Shown here: positions 1 to 9,666 of the stretch, piece after piece
Layout of the letters: every line of letters starts with the position of its first letter
Position numbering within the stretch: the stretch's first letter is position 1
From: Gemmatimonadaceae bacterium
GTDB lineage: Bacteria > Gemmatimonadota > Gemmatimonadetes > Gemmatimonadales > Gemmatimonadaceae
Assembly: GCA_051859245.1 (NCBI GenBank)
Contig: JBHYGA010000001.1
Location: forward strand, 736,001 to 800,000
Direction of reading: 5' to 3'
DNA length: 64,000 nucleotides
The notes under the pieces: model-generated
What the model saw: the letters and a program-made list of their open reading frames with translations, nothing else
Databases searched by the model: none
Told to the model about the DNA's origin: nothing
Program-made: the position numbers and the translations under genes

Positions 1-1152
1 GCGCAAGCGCTCCTCGCTCAATCAAAACCGAACGTCGCCGTCCCCGTGGCCACGTTCAATCGCGTCCGAACGATCACCACCGCCGCCACTCCCGGCGAGC
101 CGTGGGTTACGATCGGTGCGGTGCAAATGGATCGAAGCGGCGGCATCTACGTTGCCTTCCCCGACGAAAACACGATTCGCCATTTCTCGAGCAGCGGCAC
201 GTACGTGCGGAGCATCGGACGAAAGGGAAGTGGCCCAGGCGAGTTCGAGCGGCTCGCAGGTATCGGATGGCTCGGCGACACGCTGTGGGCGAGGAGCCGA
301 GGAGGCCAGCGGTTCGAGTTGTTCCGTGCGTCCGGTGCGCATATCCGCACGCAGACCGCATTGGCAACAAGTCATGACGGCTTCAGCGTAAACGCGGCCG
401 CGATGCTGCAGGACGGCTGGATTGCGTACAATGGTTCGATCAGCGCCGACGCGATGCTCGTAAAACAGCCGCGCGTCACGCCCATGCTCGTAGTGCAGCC
501 ACCTAACACCCGGCTCAAAGAGTACGCACGCATTGCGACCGGTACTCTCACGTTGGCGACACCCGGCAGCGGAATGATGAGCGGGACGGGACGAAACGCA
601 GAGCGCCTGCGTACGGACGGCCTCGTTCGTTTTGCTCCCGACGGCAGCTTTCTCGTGTCGGTCGATCGTGCGCCGAAACCGAGTGGTGCGACGGTGCAGT
701 ACACCGTGAACGTCAGGACGCCGAGCGGAGCGAGTCGCCTGCAGCGCACGTTCACGCTTCCGGGTGTACGCGTGAAGAAGGAACATTCCGCTGAGTTTGT
801 GACCAGTTACGTCGAAGGCCTGCGTATGGGCCCTCGCAGACAACACTTCCCGTCGGATGAGAGTGCGAAAGACTACGTGCTCTCGCAGTTGACGCTGCCC
901 ACCGTCTATCCGGCTGTTTCAGGGCTACTGATTGGAGCGGATCACAATATCTGGCTTCGCGGACTGGACCTTGGAGAGCCGAACGTGGAGTGGACGGTGT
1001 TCAACAGCAAACTTGAACCGCAATTTCGCGTCATGCTGCCCGCCGATATTGTGGTGAAAGCCGCGATGCGCGACGATGTGTGGGGGACCTCGTTCGATGA
1101 CGATGACGTGCCGTATCTCATTCACTTTCGACGCGCTGGTAGTGCGCGTTAG
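1..1152 (+). CDS. Secreted 6-bladed beta-propeller (NHL-like) protein, 5'-truncated
   Basis: Frame 1 is open from position 1 (AQALLAQSKPNVAVP...), so the true start lies left of the window. The motif 'FSSSGTYVRSIGRKGSGPGEF' is typical of this propeller family. Confidence 0.7.
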   Translation, partial: AQALLAQSKPNVAVPVATFNRVRTITTAATPGEPWVTIGAVQMDRSGGIYVAFPDENTIRHFSSSGTYVRSIGRKGSGPGEFERLAGIGWLGDTLWARSRGGQRFELFRASGAHIRTQTALATSHDGFSVNAAAMLQDGWIAYNGSISADAMLVKQPRVTPMLVVQPPNTRLKEYARIATGTLTLATPGSGMMSGTGRNAERLRTDGLVRFAPDGSFLVSVDRAPKPSGATVQYTVNVRTPSGASRLQRTFTLPGVRVKKEHSAEFVTSYVEGLRMGPRRQHFPSDESAKDYVLSQLTLPTVYPAVSGLLIGADHNIWLRGLDLGEPNVEWTVFNSKLEPQFRVMLPADIVVKAAMRDDVWGTSFDDDDVPYLIHFRRAGSAR

Positions 1153-1334
1153 TGTCGCGCGTCGCAACTGTGTGCAGTGTTCATGCACGCGGCGTGTGGC
1201 GAGAAGGTACGATCTATCCAGCTGGCATCTCTACTCTTGATGCTGTTGACGTTTCGAAGAGGGATACGTGATCTACGATTCGCATCCAAATCGCGGTGGA
1301 GAAAACTGAGTCGTCTATGCTTTCCTTACCTGCC

Positions 1335-2570
1335 ATGAGCACGCCGAGATCGCGCCGTCTGAAGCGACGAGTCCCAACAGCGACGTGGACGCTCCTAGCG
1401 GTTGGGCTTCTCGCTGCGTGTGAGCAGTCGAAACGTAGAGCAGCCGCCGAGGTCGAGCTCGCCACGGGCCCGCTGGAGTCGTGCGCGGCCGTTCTTGAGC
1501 TACACGAGACGAAACAACACTCCGGCACCGTAAGGTCCGTCATAGTGCCAGACATGGAGCCCGTGTGCGAGGCTAAGCTCGAGGCCGTTATCCGACTCAC
1601 GCCGCCGATCGGAGAAGGCGAGCTGCTAGCTGGCAAATCGATGAGCCGCCGGAGCGATGGTTTCTACGTCAGCAACTTATTCGGCGAGAACGCTCTCGCC
1701 GTGTGGGACAGCTCGGGTCGGTTTGTGCGGCGCATTGGGCGCTCGGGCGCCGGGCCCGGTGAGTTTGCGAGCGGCATTCAGCCCATATTCGGACCGGGCG
1801 ACACACTGTATGCAATCGATAACGCTCGGCATCTGAACGTCTTCGACAACAGTTTTCGCTACGTGCGGCGATCGTTGCAACTGAACGCACAGCGGCCGGC
1901 CGGTAACTGGTTCCTCACGGTCGATGGACGGAGATTCGTGAGTCCACCACCCGCCGGTGTCCGGTCGCATCATGTCGCAGAGCTCGACGCAGACGGAAGC
2001 ATTCTCAAGCTGCTCGTTCCGGCGGACTCCGCAACAACAGGTCCCGACGTTGAGCAATCTGAGCGCACGATCGCACATGGTGGCGGAGATTCATTTTGGA
2101 TTGGTCCCACGCAGGTGCCCGCGCAGTCGTACGCAATGGAAGAGTGGTCGCTTGACGGCCGATTGCTCCGCCGGGTGCGGCGTAGTGCCGCGTGGTTCGT
2201 GCCGTATCACGTCGCAGACAACGGCGACCCGAGCGGTCCGCCACCCACCTACTTCTCAATGCTGCAGGTGGACGGAAGCGGGCTGTTGCATACGGCGATT
2301 AGCAGTCGCGAACGCGCGCGCCGTTCGCCGCCGGGTGCTGGCGCGAGCAGAGAGGATCGGAAGGCGGGAATTTCGGTCCGATGGGAAATCATTCATCCAG
2401 GCTCGGGCACGTTGGTTGCCAGCACCACCTTTGCCGATGTCGACTCGGTTCCGATGCCGTTCATTCCGCATACAAACACTGCGCTTATTCTGAGTCGCGA
2501 CAGCGCGGACACATATGCAAACGCGATCGCGCGGTGGCGACTTTCCCCGATGTTCTCGCCCATTCCCTAG
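1335..2570 (+). CDS. 6-bladed beta-propeller lipoprotein
   Basis: ATG 1335; basic N-terminus, hydrophobic stretch and lipobox LLAAC; motif 'WDSSGRFVRRIGRSGAGPGEF'. Confidence 0.7.
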   Translation: MSTPRSRRLKRRVPTATWTLLAVGLLAACEQSKRRAAAEVELATGPLESCAAVLELHETKQHSGTVRSVIVPDMEPVCEAKLEAVIRLTPPIGEGELLAGKSMSRRSDGFYVSNLFGENALAVWDSSGRFVRRIGRSGAGPGEFASGIQPIFGPGDTLYAIDNARHLNVFDNSFRYVRRSLQLNAQRPAGNWFLTVDGRRFVSPPPAGVRSHHVAELDADGSILKLLVPADSATTGPDVEQSERTIAHGGGDSFWIGPTQVPAQSYAMEEWSLDGRLLRRVRRSAAWFVPYHVADNGDPSGPPPTYFSMLQVDGSGLLHTAISSRERARRSPPGAGASREDRKAGISVRWEIIHPGSGTLVASTTFADVDSVPMPFIPHTNTALILSRDSADTYANAIARWRLSPMFSPIP

Positions 2571-2689
2571 CAGCATTCCACAGATGCGAGACGCGAGCGG
2601 TCACGAGCGGGAGACAATCTTTCGTGTGCGCAGGCCCGTACATTATCAGTCGGATAGCCACACCAATCAACGTCTCACTGCAGCCACAC

Positions 2690-3292
2690 GTGACGTCCTC
2701 ATCCATAACGCGCGCAATCGCGATCGTTGCGTTCCTCTCCGCACCGCTCGGCGCGCAGCGACCCGACGTCAATGTGACGGGCCGGTTCGGGATTGCAGCT
2801 CCCGCCGATGACTACCAGTCGAACTGTGGACATTCGAGCCTCGCGGTCAGCCTCGATGTGCAGCGACAAGGCCGAGTGTTTCCGCACCTGTCGCTGGATC
2901 ACTTCACGGGGAGCGGAGGCGGCGATGTGTTATGCGTTTCGTTCGAACCCACGGTGGGTGGACTTCGATTGGAAGGTGCGACGCGCTTGGGCCTGGGTAT
3001 GGGCGCGCGGGTTGGTTCGAAGTGGGCGCACCTCGAGGGAGTCTTGCAGGGTGGTCTCATTACGGGACGCCCCGGCTACGAATCGGCGGGCGTAAACCAC
3101 GGGCGAGAAGTTTTGCCCCATGTGGGAGGTCAGCTCACTGCCGTGTTGGCCCGCTACGTGGTGATTTCCTACTCCAGACATCTCACACGCCTGTCGCGCG
3201 ACGTTTTTCCTGCTGACGGCGGCAGCGTGCGCACAAGCCGAAGGTGGTCGCCACTGGTGACGCTGCAGTTTGGCGTGCGAGTACCGCTATGA
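2690..3292 (+). CDS. Hypothetical secreted protein, possible small outer-membrane beta-barrel
   Basis: GTG 2690 gives a signal peptide (...AIAIVAFLSAPLGA|Q); alternating amphipathic strands; C-terminus LQFGVRVPL. Confidence 0.5.
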   Translation: MTSSSITRAIAIVAFLSAPLGAQRPDVNVTGRFGIAAPADDYQSNCGHSSLAVSLDVQRQGRVFPHLSLDHFTGSGGGDVLCVSFEPTVGGLRLEGATRLGLGMGARVGSKWAHLEGVLQGGLITGRPGYESAGVNHGREVLPHVGGQLTAVLARYVVISYSRHLTRLSRDVFPADGGSVRTSRRWSPLVTLQFGVRVPL

Positions 3293-3362
3293 AGCGGTCG
3301 ACGCCGATCCTGCGTACGTCGCGCGCTTGTGTTGGTTGCATGCGCTGATTCGTCCGACTAGC

Positions 3363-3890
3363 TCACTGCCTACCAAAACTCCGCGCATCGTACGTCCACC
3401 GCCGAACTTTGCGCACCGTCAACAGGTGCACGTCTACATGCTGCGGATTGATCAGCACGTTCGACTCCTCCGGCACCACCACAGACGGCACTTCCGCGAG
3501 CACACTTTCTCCTCGTGAGAGCCAGCGGGCGCCCCACTCCAGCGACACGCGACCCTCGGGAATCGCATCCCACCCCACATGCGCCGCGCCTTCACACACC
3601 GTGCGCGACTTCCACACCGCTTCCGGCACGCGGATCTCTACGAGATAGCGATTGAGCGGCAGCCCCTGCTCACGCAGATGTACCACCGTCTCAAGACACG
3701 CCAGCGCGCGCGAGCTCGATGTGTAGAGCAACGCGACACCCGCACGATTCCATCGCCCGCCGGTTTCGCGCGCGCCGGCTCCGCTCACATCGTCGGCGGT
3801 GAAGTGCGGTGTGTCCGCGGCAATACGCCACAGCAGCACGTCACGCGCATCGGTATCGCGCGAGTGCACGTGCAACAACGCGTCACTCAT
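3363..3890 (-). CDS. RES domain toxin (NAD+ phosphorylase family)
   Basis: LWRI, SGAGA..TGGRWN, YTSSSRALACLETVVH, VPSVVVPEE.NVLINPQH, YDAR motifs. Confidence 0.92.
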   Translation of the reverse strand: MSDALLHVHSRDTDARDVLLWRIAADTPHFTADDVSGAGARETGGRWNRAGVALLYTSSSRALACLETVVHLREQGLPLNRYLVEIRVPEAVWKSRTVCEGAAHVGWDAIPEGRVSLEWGARWLSRGESVLAEVPSVVVPEESNVLINPQHVDVHLLTVRKVRRWTYDARSFGRQ

Positions 3891-3902
3891 GCACGCGCGC
3901 GA

Positions 3903-4430
3903 CTACGCGTACGCGCCCGACTGCATTCGCGCCAACAGCCCCGACACAATCGCGCGACCCTCGGCGGTATCCATGAACTCAATTGGCGTGCGGCCGCCGA
4001 GCGCGGGCACTGGCGATTCGATCCACTGTGACACCCAGGCCGCGGCGTCGAACTCGTCGGCGTTGCCTGACTCGCTCACAATCTGTTGGATTTGACTGAT
4101 CAACAACGTGACCCCCAGTACGCGTTCACTTTCCGCCACGCCCAGCCGTCCACCCGAACGCAGTTTGCGCTCCACCGTGGCGCGAGCCAGACCAAGGCTT
4201 CGCACGAGACTGTCGCGCGACATATCGAGCACATCGGCGAGCGACGCTACCGCCTGCGCTGCCACACCTTCACGCACGAGCTGAATGCGGTCGAGCGTAT
4301 TGCTGTGCGCAACGTCGGCGATCCAGGAGTGCCCATCTTCGCGGACGCGCCAGAAGTTGGGGTCGCCGAACGCCGCCTTGGCCGACTTGCTGCGCCGCTT
4401 TGGGGCGGGGTATGTGAAGGGCTTGGTCAT
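3903..4430 (-). CDS. Xre/MbcA/ParS-type antitoxin
   Basis: HTH ('LGLARATVERK'), ESER motif, C-terminal 'W..SPVPALGGRTP...DTAEG...V..LL.RMQSGAYA'; directly upstream of the RES toxin. ATG 4430 chosen over TTG 4457. Confidence 0.9.
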   Translation of the reverse strand: MTKPFTYPAPKRRSKSAKAAFGDPNFWRVREDGHSWIADVAHSNTLDRIQLVREGVAAQAVASLADVLDMSRDSLVRSLGLARATVERKLRSGGRLGVAESERVLGVTLLISQIQQIVSESGNADEFDAAAWVSQWIESPVPALGGRTPIEFMDTAEGRAIVSGLLARMQSGAYA

Positions 4431-4448
4431 CGATGCCTCAATGCTCAA

Positions 4449-4470
4449 ATGATACAATAGAATATATCAT
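4449..4470. promoter_or_regulatory. Putative antitoxin operator (inverted repeat)
   Basis: ATGATA-N10-TATCAT in an AT-rich patch just upstream of the antitoxin start. Confidence 0.45.
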
Positions 4471-4624
4471 ACGATACCCACCGTCGCTAGCCCCTCCCTC
4501 GCTCCGCACGCGCCCTCTCTCGAGCTGCGGCTAGGCGACGGGCGCCACGCTGGCTAAGCTCATCCATATAGTCTCTGGCCGCCCAGTCGCAGCCCAGCGC
4601 CTCTCCAGCCTATTCCTGCCCGTC

Positions 4625-6007
4625 ATGTCCCTGTCACTTCGCGCACCGATTTCCACGCTCGCGCTCACCTTCGTCGCTCTCCACGCCGCAGTGGCGCCAC
4701 TCGCCGCCCAACAACCAACTCCGCTGCCATCGCAGGAAGACCCGCGCATCCATGAAATGGTCGCCGCGTCGTCGGCTGAGCGCATTGAGCGTGACATTCG
4801 ACAGCTGGTGGCCTTCGGGACGCGGCACACCATGTCAGACACACTCTCCACAACGCGTGGCATCGGCGCGGCACGTCGCTGGATCTTCGCCGAGTTTCAG
4901 CGCATCTCGGCGGCGTGCGGTGGGTGTCTGGATGTGCAGTACATCAGCGGTATTGAGAAGGGCTCTCCGACGGGCCGCATTCGTGAAGACATCAACATTG
5001 TGAACGTGGTGGCCGTGCTGCGTGGTAGCGCCGAGCCGAATCGCCACGTGCTGCTCGCCGGTGACATTGATTCACGCGTGACCGATGTGATGAATGCGAA
5101 AGACAGTTCGCCCGGAGCCAACGACAACGCCAGCGGCATTGCGGCGCTGCTCGAAGCCGCACGAATTCTGAGTAAGTACAAGCCCAACGCGTCGATTGCC
5201 TTTGCCGCACTCTCCGGAGAAGAGCAGGGGCTCTTTGGCGGTGATATCGTGGCCAAGCATGCCAAGGCCAACAACTGGCGTATTGATGCGGTGATCAACA
5301 ACGACATGGTCGGAAACATTTCCGGCATTGATGGCGTGATCGAGAATACGAAAGCGCGCGTGTTCGCGCCGGGACTGGCAGCCGATACGCCTGCTTCGGA
5401 GCTGCGTCGCATTCTCACCAACGGCGGTGAGCTCGACACGCCGTCGCGTCAGCTGGCGCGGTACATCGACAAGGTCGCGGATCGATACTTTCCGAATCTC
5501 GACGTGGAAATCATCTATCGACTTGATCGCTACGGTCGCGGCGGACATCACACACCGTTCTTCAACAACGGATTCAATGCGGCCGTGCGTCTCATGGAAT
5601 CGCACGAAGACTATAACAAACAGCACCAGGACATTCGCACCGAGCGCGGTATCGCGTACGGCGACGTCATCGAAGGCGTGAACTTTCCGTACGCGGCCTC
5701 GATCACGGCGCTTGATGCGGCCACACTGCTGTCGCTGGCGTGGGCACCGGCTGCTCCAGACTCGGTGCGCATTCAAGGCGCGGTGCGACCGTCGCCGAGT
5801 TTCCGCTGGGTCGCCTCCAAGTCGCCAGACGTGATTGGCTATCGCATTTACTGGCGCAAGCCGAGCGAAGTGAATTGGACGAGCAGTCGCTTTGTGGGCA
5901 ATGTGACGCAGTTCACATTGCCGAATGTCATCATTGACAATTATTTCTTTGGCGTCGCGGCCGTTGGCAAAAACGGTCAGGAAAGTCTCGTTGCGTTTCC
6001 TCGCTAA
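4625..6007 (+). CDS. Secreted M28 family metallopeptidase with C-terminal FN3-like domain
   Basis: Signal peptide; FGTRHT, GDIDSR, PGANDNASG, GEEQGLFG, NNDM, GGHH motifs. Confidence 0.9.
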   Translation: MSLSLRAPISTLALTFVALHAAVAPLAAQQPTPLPSQEDPRIHEMVAASSAERIERDIRQLVAFGTRHTMSDTLSTTRGIGAARRWIFAEFQRISAACGGCLDVQYISGIEKGSPTGRIREDINIVNVVAVLRGSAEPNRHVLLAGDIDSRVTDVMNAKDSSPGANDNASGIAALLEAARILSKYKPNASIAFAALSGEEQGLFGGDIVAKHAKANNWRIDAVINNDMVGNISGIDGVIENTKARVFAPGLAADTPASELRRILTNGGELDTPSRQLARYIDKVADRYFPNLDVEIIYRLDRYGRGGHHTPFFNNGFNAAVRLMESHEDYNKQHQDIRTERGIAYGDVIEGVNFPYAASITALDAATLLSLAWAPAAPDSVRIQGAVRPSPSFRWVASKSPDVIGYRIYWRKPSEVNWTSSRFVGNVTQFTLPNVIIDNYFFGVAAVGKNGQESLVAFPR

Positions 6008-6491
6008 ACTCGCTGTTTTCTCAATCCTGGGATTGGGATGCACGCACGCTGATACCGCATCAGATGAGAGCGCCGTTCAACAAGCGGCGCTCAGTGCACT
6101 CTTTTTGGAACGTGAACACGCCGGCGCGATTGTGCTGTTTCGCGATAGCACAACGCGTGGGCCGATTTTTTCGGCGCTCGAACTGGACGCAGCTGATCGT
6201 GTTGTCACACCAGCAGGTCTTGCGCTGTCCACCACAACGCTGGCCTCACTTGAAGCGATGTTCCGCGCCAATCCTGATGGCTGGCGCGCGTTTCGTCAGG
6301 CGAATCCCACGGCCAGCGGCGTTGTAGAAGTGGCACCCGTTGCGTTTGATAGCGAACGAACGTCTGCTTCGGTAGTGATCGCACGGAGCTGTGGAGAGCA
6401 CTGCCGAATGGCGTGGACGCTTCGTCTCGCGAAAGACACCAGTGTGTGGCGCGTGCGCGCGGTGGAACAGATGGTCATACCAGCGGAATAG
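5991..6491 (+). CDS. Hypothetical lipoprotein
   Basis: Possible TTG 5991 overlapping the upstream stop; lipobox LGLGC; CGEHC motif. Start is uncertain. Confidence 0.55.
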   Translation: MRFLAKLAVFSILGLGCTHADTASDESAVQQAALSALFLEREHAGAIVLFRDSTTRGPIFSALELDAADRVVTPAGLALSTTTLASLEAMFRANPDGWRAFRQANPTASGVVEVAPVAFDSERTSASVVIARSCGEHCRMAWTLRLAKDTSVWRVRAVEQMVIPAE

Positions 6492-6515
6492 CGCGAACAA
6501 TGCCGAGGAGGGCTG

Positions 6516-7376
6516 ATGTCTCGCTTGCTGCCTGATGATACGCAACTTGGAATGGTCAGTTTGCAGGTGGCAAATCTTGACCGGTCAGTCGCGTGGTATC
6601 GTGATGTGTTGGGTGCGTTTGTGCTTGAGCGCGACGCACAGAGTGCACAGCTTGGCTCGTACTTTGACAAAGTACCGCTGCTCATGCTGACCGAACGCGT
6701 GGGCGCTGAACCCATGCCGCATCGCGGACGTCTGGGACTATTTCACGTGGCGTGGCTGATGCCCAATCGCGCTGCACTGGGGCAGTTCGTTGCGCACCTC
6801 GCGGCGTTCCCTGACCGTGTGGGCACCGCGAATCATCTGGTCAGCGAAGCGCTGTATCTCTCCGATCCCGATGGACTCGGTGTGGAAGTGTACGCCGATC
6901 GGCCGCGTGAACAGTGGACGTTTGCCAACGGCGAAGTGCAGATGGCATCATTGCCGCTCGATCTGAAAGAACTGGTGAGTGCTGGCGGCGGCCATATGTA
7001 CACTGGTATGCCTGAGGGCATGCGCATTGGCCATGTGCACCTGCATGTGGGCAAGCTTGAGGAGAGTACCGCGTTTTATCGCGACGTGATCGGTTTCAGT
7101 CTCACGCAGTCGTCGTATCCTGGCGCGCACTTTCTCGCGGCCGGTGGATATCACCACCATCTGGGCACCAATGTCTGGGCCGGCGATTGGGCCAAGCCGC
7201 CGGCGAGCGGGGACGCACGCTTGTTACATTGGACCATCCGTGTTCCGACGAGTGATGATGTGCAGGCGGTGGCCGCTCGGGCGCAGCAACACGGCGTGCA
7301 GGGGACCCTCACCAACGACAACGCGTTCGCCCTCGATGATCCGTGGGGAACGCGTGTCGTGGTGCGTGTGGCCTGA
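6516..7376 (+). CDS. VOC family protein (CatE-like catechol 2,3-dioxygenase/glyoxalase)
   Basis: Two VOC domains; GLFHVA, HLVSEALYLSDPDGLGVEVYADRP, GHVHL, GGYHHHLGTNVW; RBS GAGGAGG. Confidence 0.88.
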   Translation: MSRLLPDDTQLGMVSLQVANLDRSVAWYRDVLGAFVLERDAQSAQLGSYFDKVPLLMLTERVGAEPMPHRGRLGLFHVAWLMPNRAALGQFVAHLAAFPDRVGTANHLVSEALYLSDPDGLGVEVYADRPREQWTFANGEVQMASLPLDLKELVSAGGGHMYTGMPEGMRIGHVHLHVGKLEESTAFYRDVIGFSLTQSSYPGAHFLAAGGYHHHLGTNVWAGDWAKPPASGDARLLHWTIRVPTSDDVQAVAARAQQHGVQGTLTNDNAFALDDPWGTRVVVRVA

Positions 7377-9371
7377 TTACAGCGGGCGCTGACCGATCAC
7401 AATGGTTGGCGTCACGTTGCTCGCAATGTCAGACGTGGTGTTGCCGTTACCCAACTGACCTACATCATTGCGGCCCCAGCACGACGTGGTGAGACGATCA
7501 ACGGAGATGGCGCAGGTGAATGAGCCCGAACCGCTGGCCACATTCGCGGCGGAAACTTCGCTCGCCCGGATGGTACCGGCACGCACTGGCGTCGTGCTGC
7601 CATTCTGCAGACCCACACCAAGTTGTCCGTTGGCGTTGCTGCCCCAGCAGTAGACATCGGACTGTGTCGTCACGCCGCACACGTGGGCGAAGCCTGCGGA
7701 GATCTGACGCCAGTTGTGTCCGCCGCTGATTGCGCGCGGCGTTGACGTGGCGCTGCCTGTGCTTCCCAGACGACCGCTTGTGGAGTTGCCCCAGCAGTAG
7801 CCTGCGCCTGCTGTTGTGACACCACATGCCACCTGATTGGACGCGCTCAGCATCGCCCAGCGATGGCCACCCGTCATGGCTTGCGGCAACAACTTCGTGG
7901 TATTGCCATTCGATATCGGTGCGCCGGTGCCCGTCTCGCCCGCGCCGTCGGCACCCCAGCACCAGCCGTTACCCGCCATCGTGACTCCACACGTGAACTC
8001 GTTGCCCGTGGTCACGCTGGCAAATGCGTCACCAGACACCGTAACCGTGGGAATGTGCGACGAGACCGTGTTGCCGGCACCGAATTGTCCCCACTGATTG
8101 TTGCCCCAGCAGAAGATACGATTGTCTGTTCCGACGGCACAGACATGATCTGCACCCGCCGAGATCTGTTTGAAGCGCAGCGATGTTTCAACGGCAACTG
8201 GTGTCGCGCTCTGCCCGATCGAACTCGCGATGCCGAGCGCTCCCCAGGCGTTGTAGCCCCAGCAGTACGCGCGACCGTCGGTGCGAATACCACAGGTAGT
8301 ACGACCGAACGTGGCCAACTGGGTAAAGCGATGTCCCCCCGGCACCATCACCGGCACAGTGCTCTTCGCATCATCCGTCAGCGTTGGCAACCCAATCCGG
8401 CCCTGACGGCTGTTCAATCCCCAGCACCAGGCGATGCCACCACTCGCAATGTTGCACGCGTGCTGCGTGGCTGCGGACAACGAGCGGTACTTGATCACCA
8501 CCACTTTGCTGATCGTGCCGAACTTGCCTTCGCTGGTGGCCGTCACGGTGACCGTGCCGCGATCGCGTCCTTCAAGCACGCCCGTCATGCTGTCGATCAC
8601 GGCGATCGCGGTATCCGACACTTTCCAACGCAGGGCCCGTCCATTGAGAATGCTGTTGTCGGCCGCGCGTGTGGTGGCCGTGAGCGGCAGCGACTCCCAC
8701 GCTTCGATGGTATCGGCACTGGCGTTGATGCTGACCGTGGCAACCGGTACCACCACACTGATCGACCCTGTGCCAACCTTTCCTTCGCTGGTGGCCGTAA
8801 TCGTGGCAGTACCCGAGGCGAGTGCACGCGCTGTCCCGGTGTTGTGATCGATCTCCACGATCGCGGGTGCGTTGGACAGCCAGCGCACCGCGCGACCCGC
8901 GAGAGGTTGACCAGCGGCGTTGAGTGTGACCGCTGTCAGGGTGACGGTTTCGCCCAGTTGCATCAGGCGATTCGCGGGTGTGATCGCCACGCTGTGCACC
9001 GGTGCCGGTGCCGCGGGCTGCACGTTGATCACAACCTGCGCGCTCTTGCCCTCACTGGTGGCCGTAATCGTGACGGTGCCTTCCGCCAACGCTGTCACAA
9101 CACCGGTGGCACTGACGGTGGCCGTCGCGGCGGCGGAGGTAGTGAACGTGATGGTGCGACCGGTAAGCGTAATGTCGTTCGCGTCGCGCGCAGTGGCGGT
9201 GAGCGTGGTGGTCGCGCCCACTTCGATCACATTTGACGCTGCCACGAGTGTCACGGATGCAACAGGCGCAGGTGGTGGCGGCGGTGGTGGACTGGTGCTG
9301 TCGGAACTGCCGCAGGCGGCGAGTGCAGCGAGCATGGTACTCGCAACGAGTGCACTGAAATACCGTTTCAT
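7377..9371 (-). CDS. Lipoprotein with three Ig-like (Big_2) domains and an RCC1/BLIP-II-like beta-propeller
   Basis: Lipobox LAAC; poly-Pro linker; three 'GTxTITATSEGK' repeats; about seven 'CWGxNxxGQLG' repeats. Confidence 0.88.
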   Translation of the reverse strand: MKRYFSALVASTMLAALAACGSSDSTSPPPPPPPAPVASVTLVAASNVIEVGATTTLTATARDANDITLTGRTITFTTSAAATATVSATGVVTALAEGTVTITATSEGKSAQVVINVQPAAPAPVHSVAITPANRLMQLGETVTLTAVTLNAAGQPLAGRAVRWLSNAPAIVEIDHNTGTARALASGTATITATSEGKVGTGSISVVVPVATVSINASADTIEAWESLPLTATTRAADNSILNGRALRWKVSDTAIAVIDSMTGVLEGRDRGTVTVTATSEGKFGTISKVVVIKYRSLSAATQHACNIASGGIAWCWGLNSRQGRIGLPTLTDDAKSTVPVMVPGGHRFTQLATFGRTTCGIRTDGRAYCWGYNAWGALGIASSIGQSATPVAVETSLRFKQISAGADHVCAVGTDNRIFCWGNNQWGQFGAGNTVSSHIPTVTVSGDAFASVTTGNEFTCGVTMAGNGWCWGADGAGETGTGAPISNGNTTKLLPQAMTGGHRWAMLSASNQVACGVTTAGAGYCWGNSTSGRLGSTGSATSTPRAISGGHNWRQISAGFAHVCGVTTQSDVYCWGSNANGQLGVGLQNGSTTPVRAGTIRASEVSAANVASGSGSFTCAISVDRLTTSCWGRNDVGQLGNGNTTSDIASNVTPTIVIGQRPL

Positions 9372-9522
9372 GATAAAGCCTCTCGGTCGAAACCGAATCA
9401 GTGGCCGCCGTGCGACCGGATGTCTGTTGGGGAGCGCGTGCAGACTTTACGCGGGCGCGTGCATTCATCGAAGGGTCGTGTGACCCCCAGTGCACATGAC
9501 CTACACGAGCGGTGCGAATGGC

Positions 9523-9666
9523 ATTCAGCATGTCGTCACGCGTGAGTTCATCGAGTTGTCACGCGGCCTTCATCATTCGCTCATGTGCGTGTCATGCACA
9601 TGTCACAGAGCGTTCACGGCGTGCTCATGCGCGCGTCACGTCCGGTTCATGCGGCGGTCGCATAAT
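9523..9666 (+). promoter_or_regulatory. Array of 11-bp-period (G/T/C)TCA(C/T) direct repeats resembling PHO/OmpR-family boxes, followed by a CATAAT -10
   Basis: TCA cores at 9525, 9536, then 9548, 9559, 9570, 9581, 9592, 9603, 9614, 9625, 9636, 9647; CATAAT at 9661, 10 bp after the last TCAT. Confidence 0.7.

Noticed and set aside
1..4500. Left end as a mobile element
   Set aside because: A toxin-antitoxin pair is present, but I saw no integrase, transposase, tRNA or flanking repeats.
7863..9236. Long antisense ORFs (also 20741-21766, 30465-31604, 42170-43204, 57607-58755, 61261-62415)
   Set aside because: Shadow ORFs opposite well-supported genes; no motifs, and expected at this GC content.
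9523..9660. 11-bp array as a CRISPR, iteron set or coding repeat
   Set aside because: The conserved core is only 4-5 bp with 6-7 bp spacers; no cas or rep genes nearby; the period is not a multiple of three.
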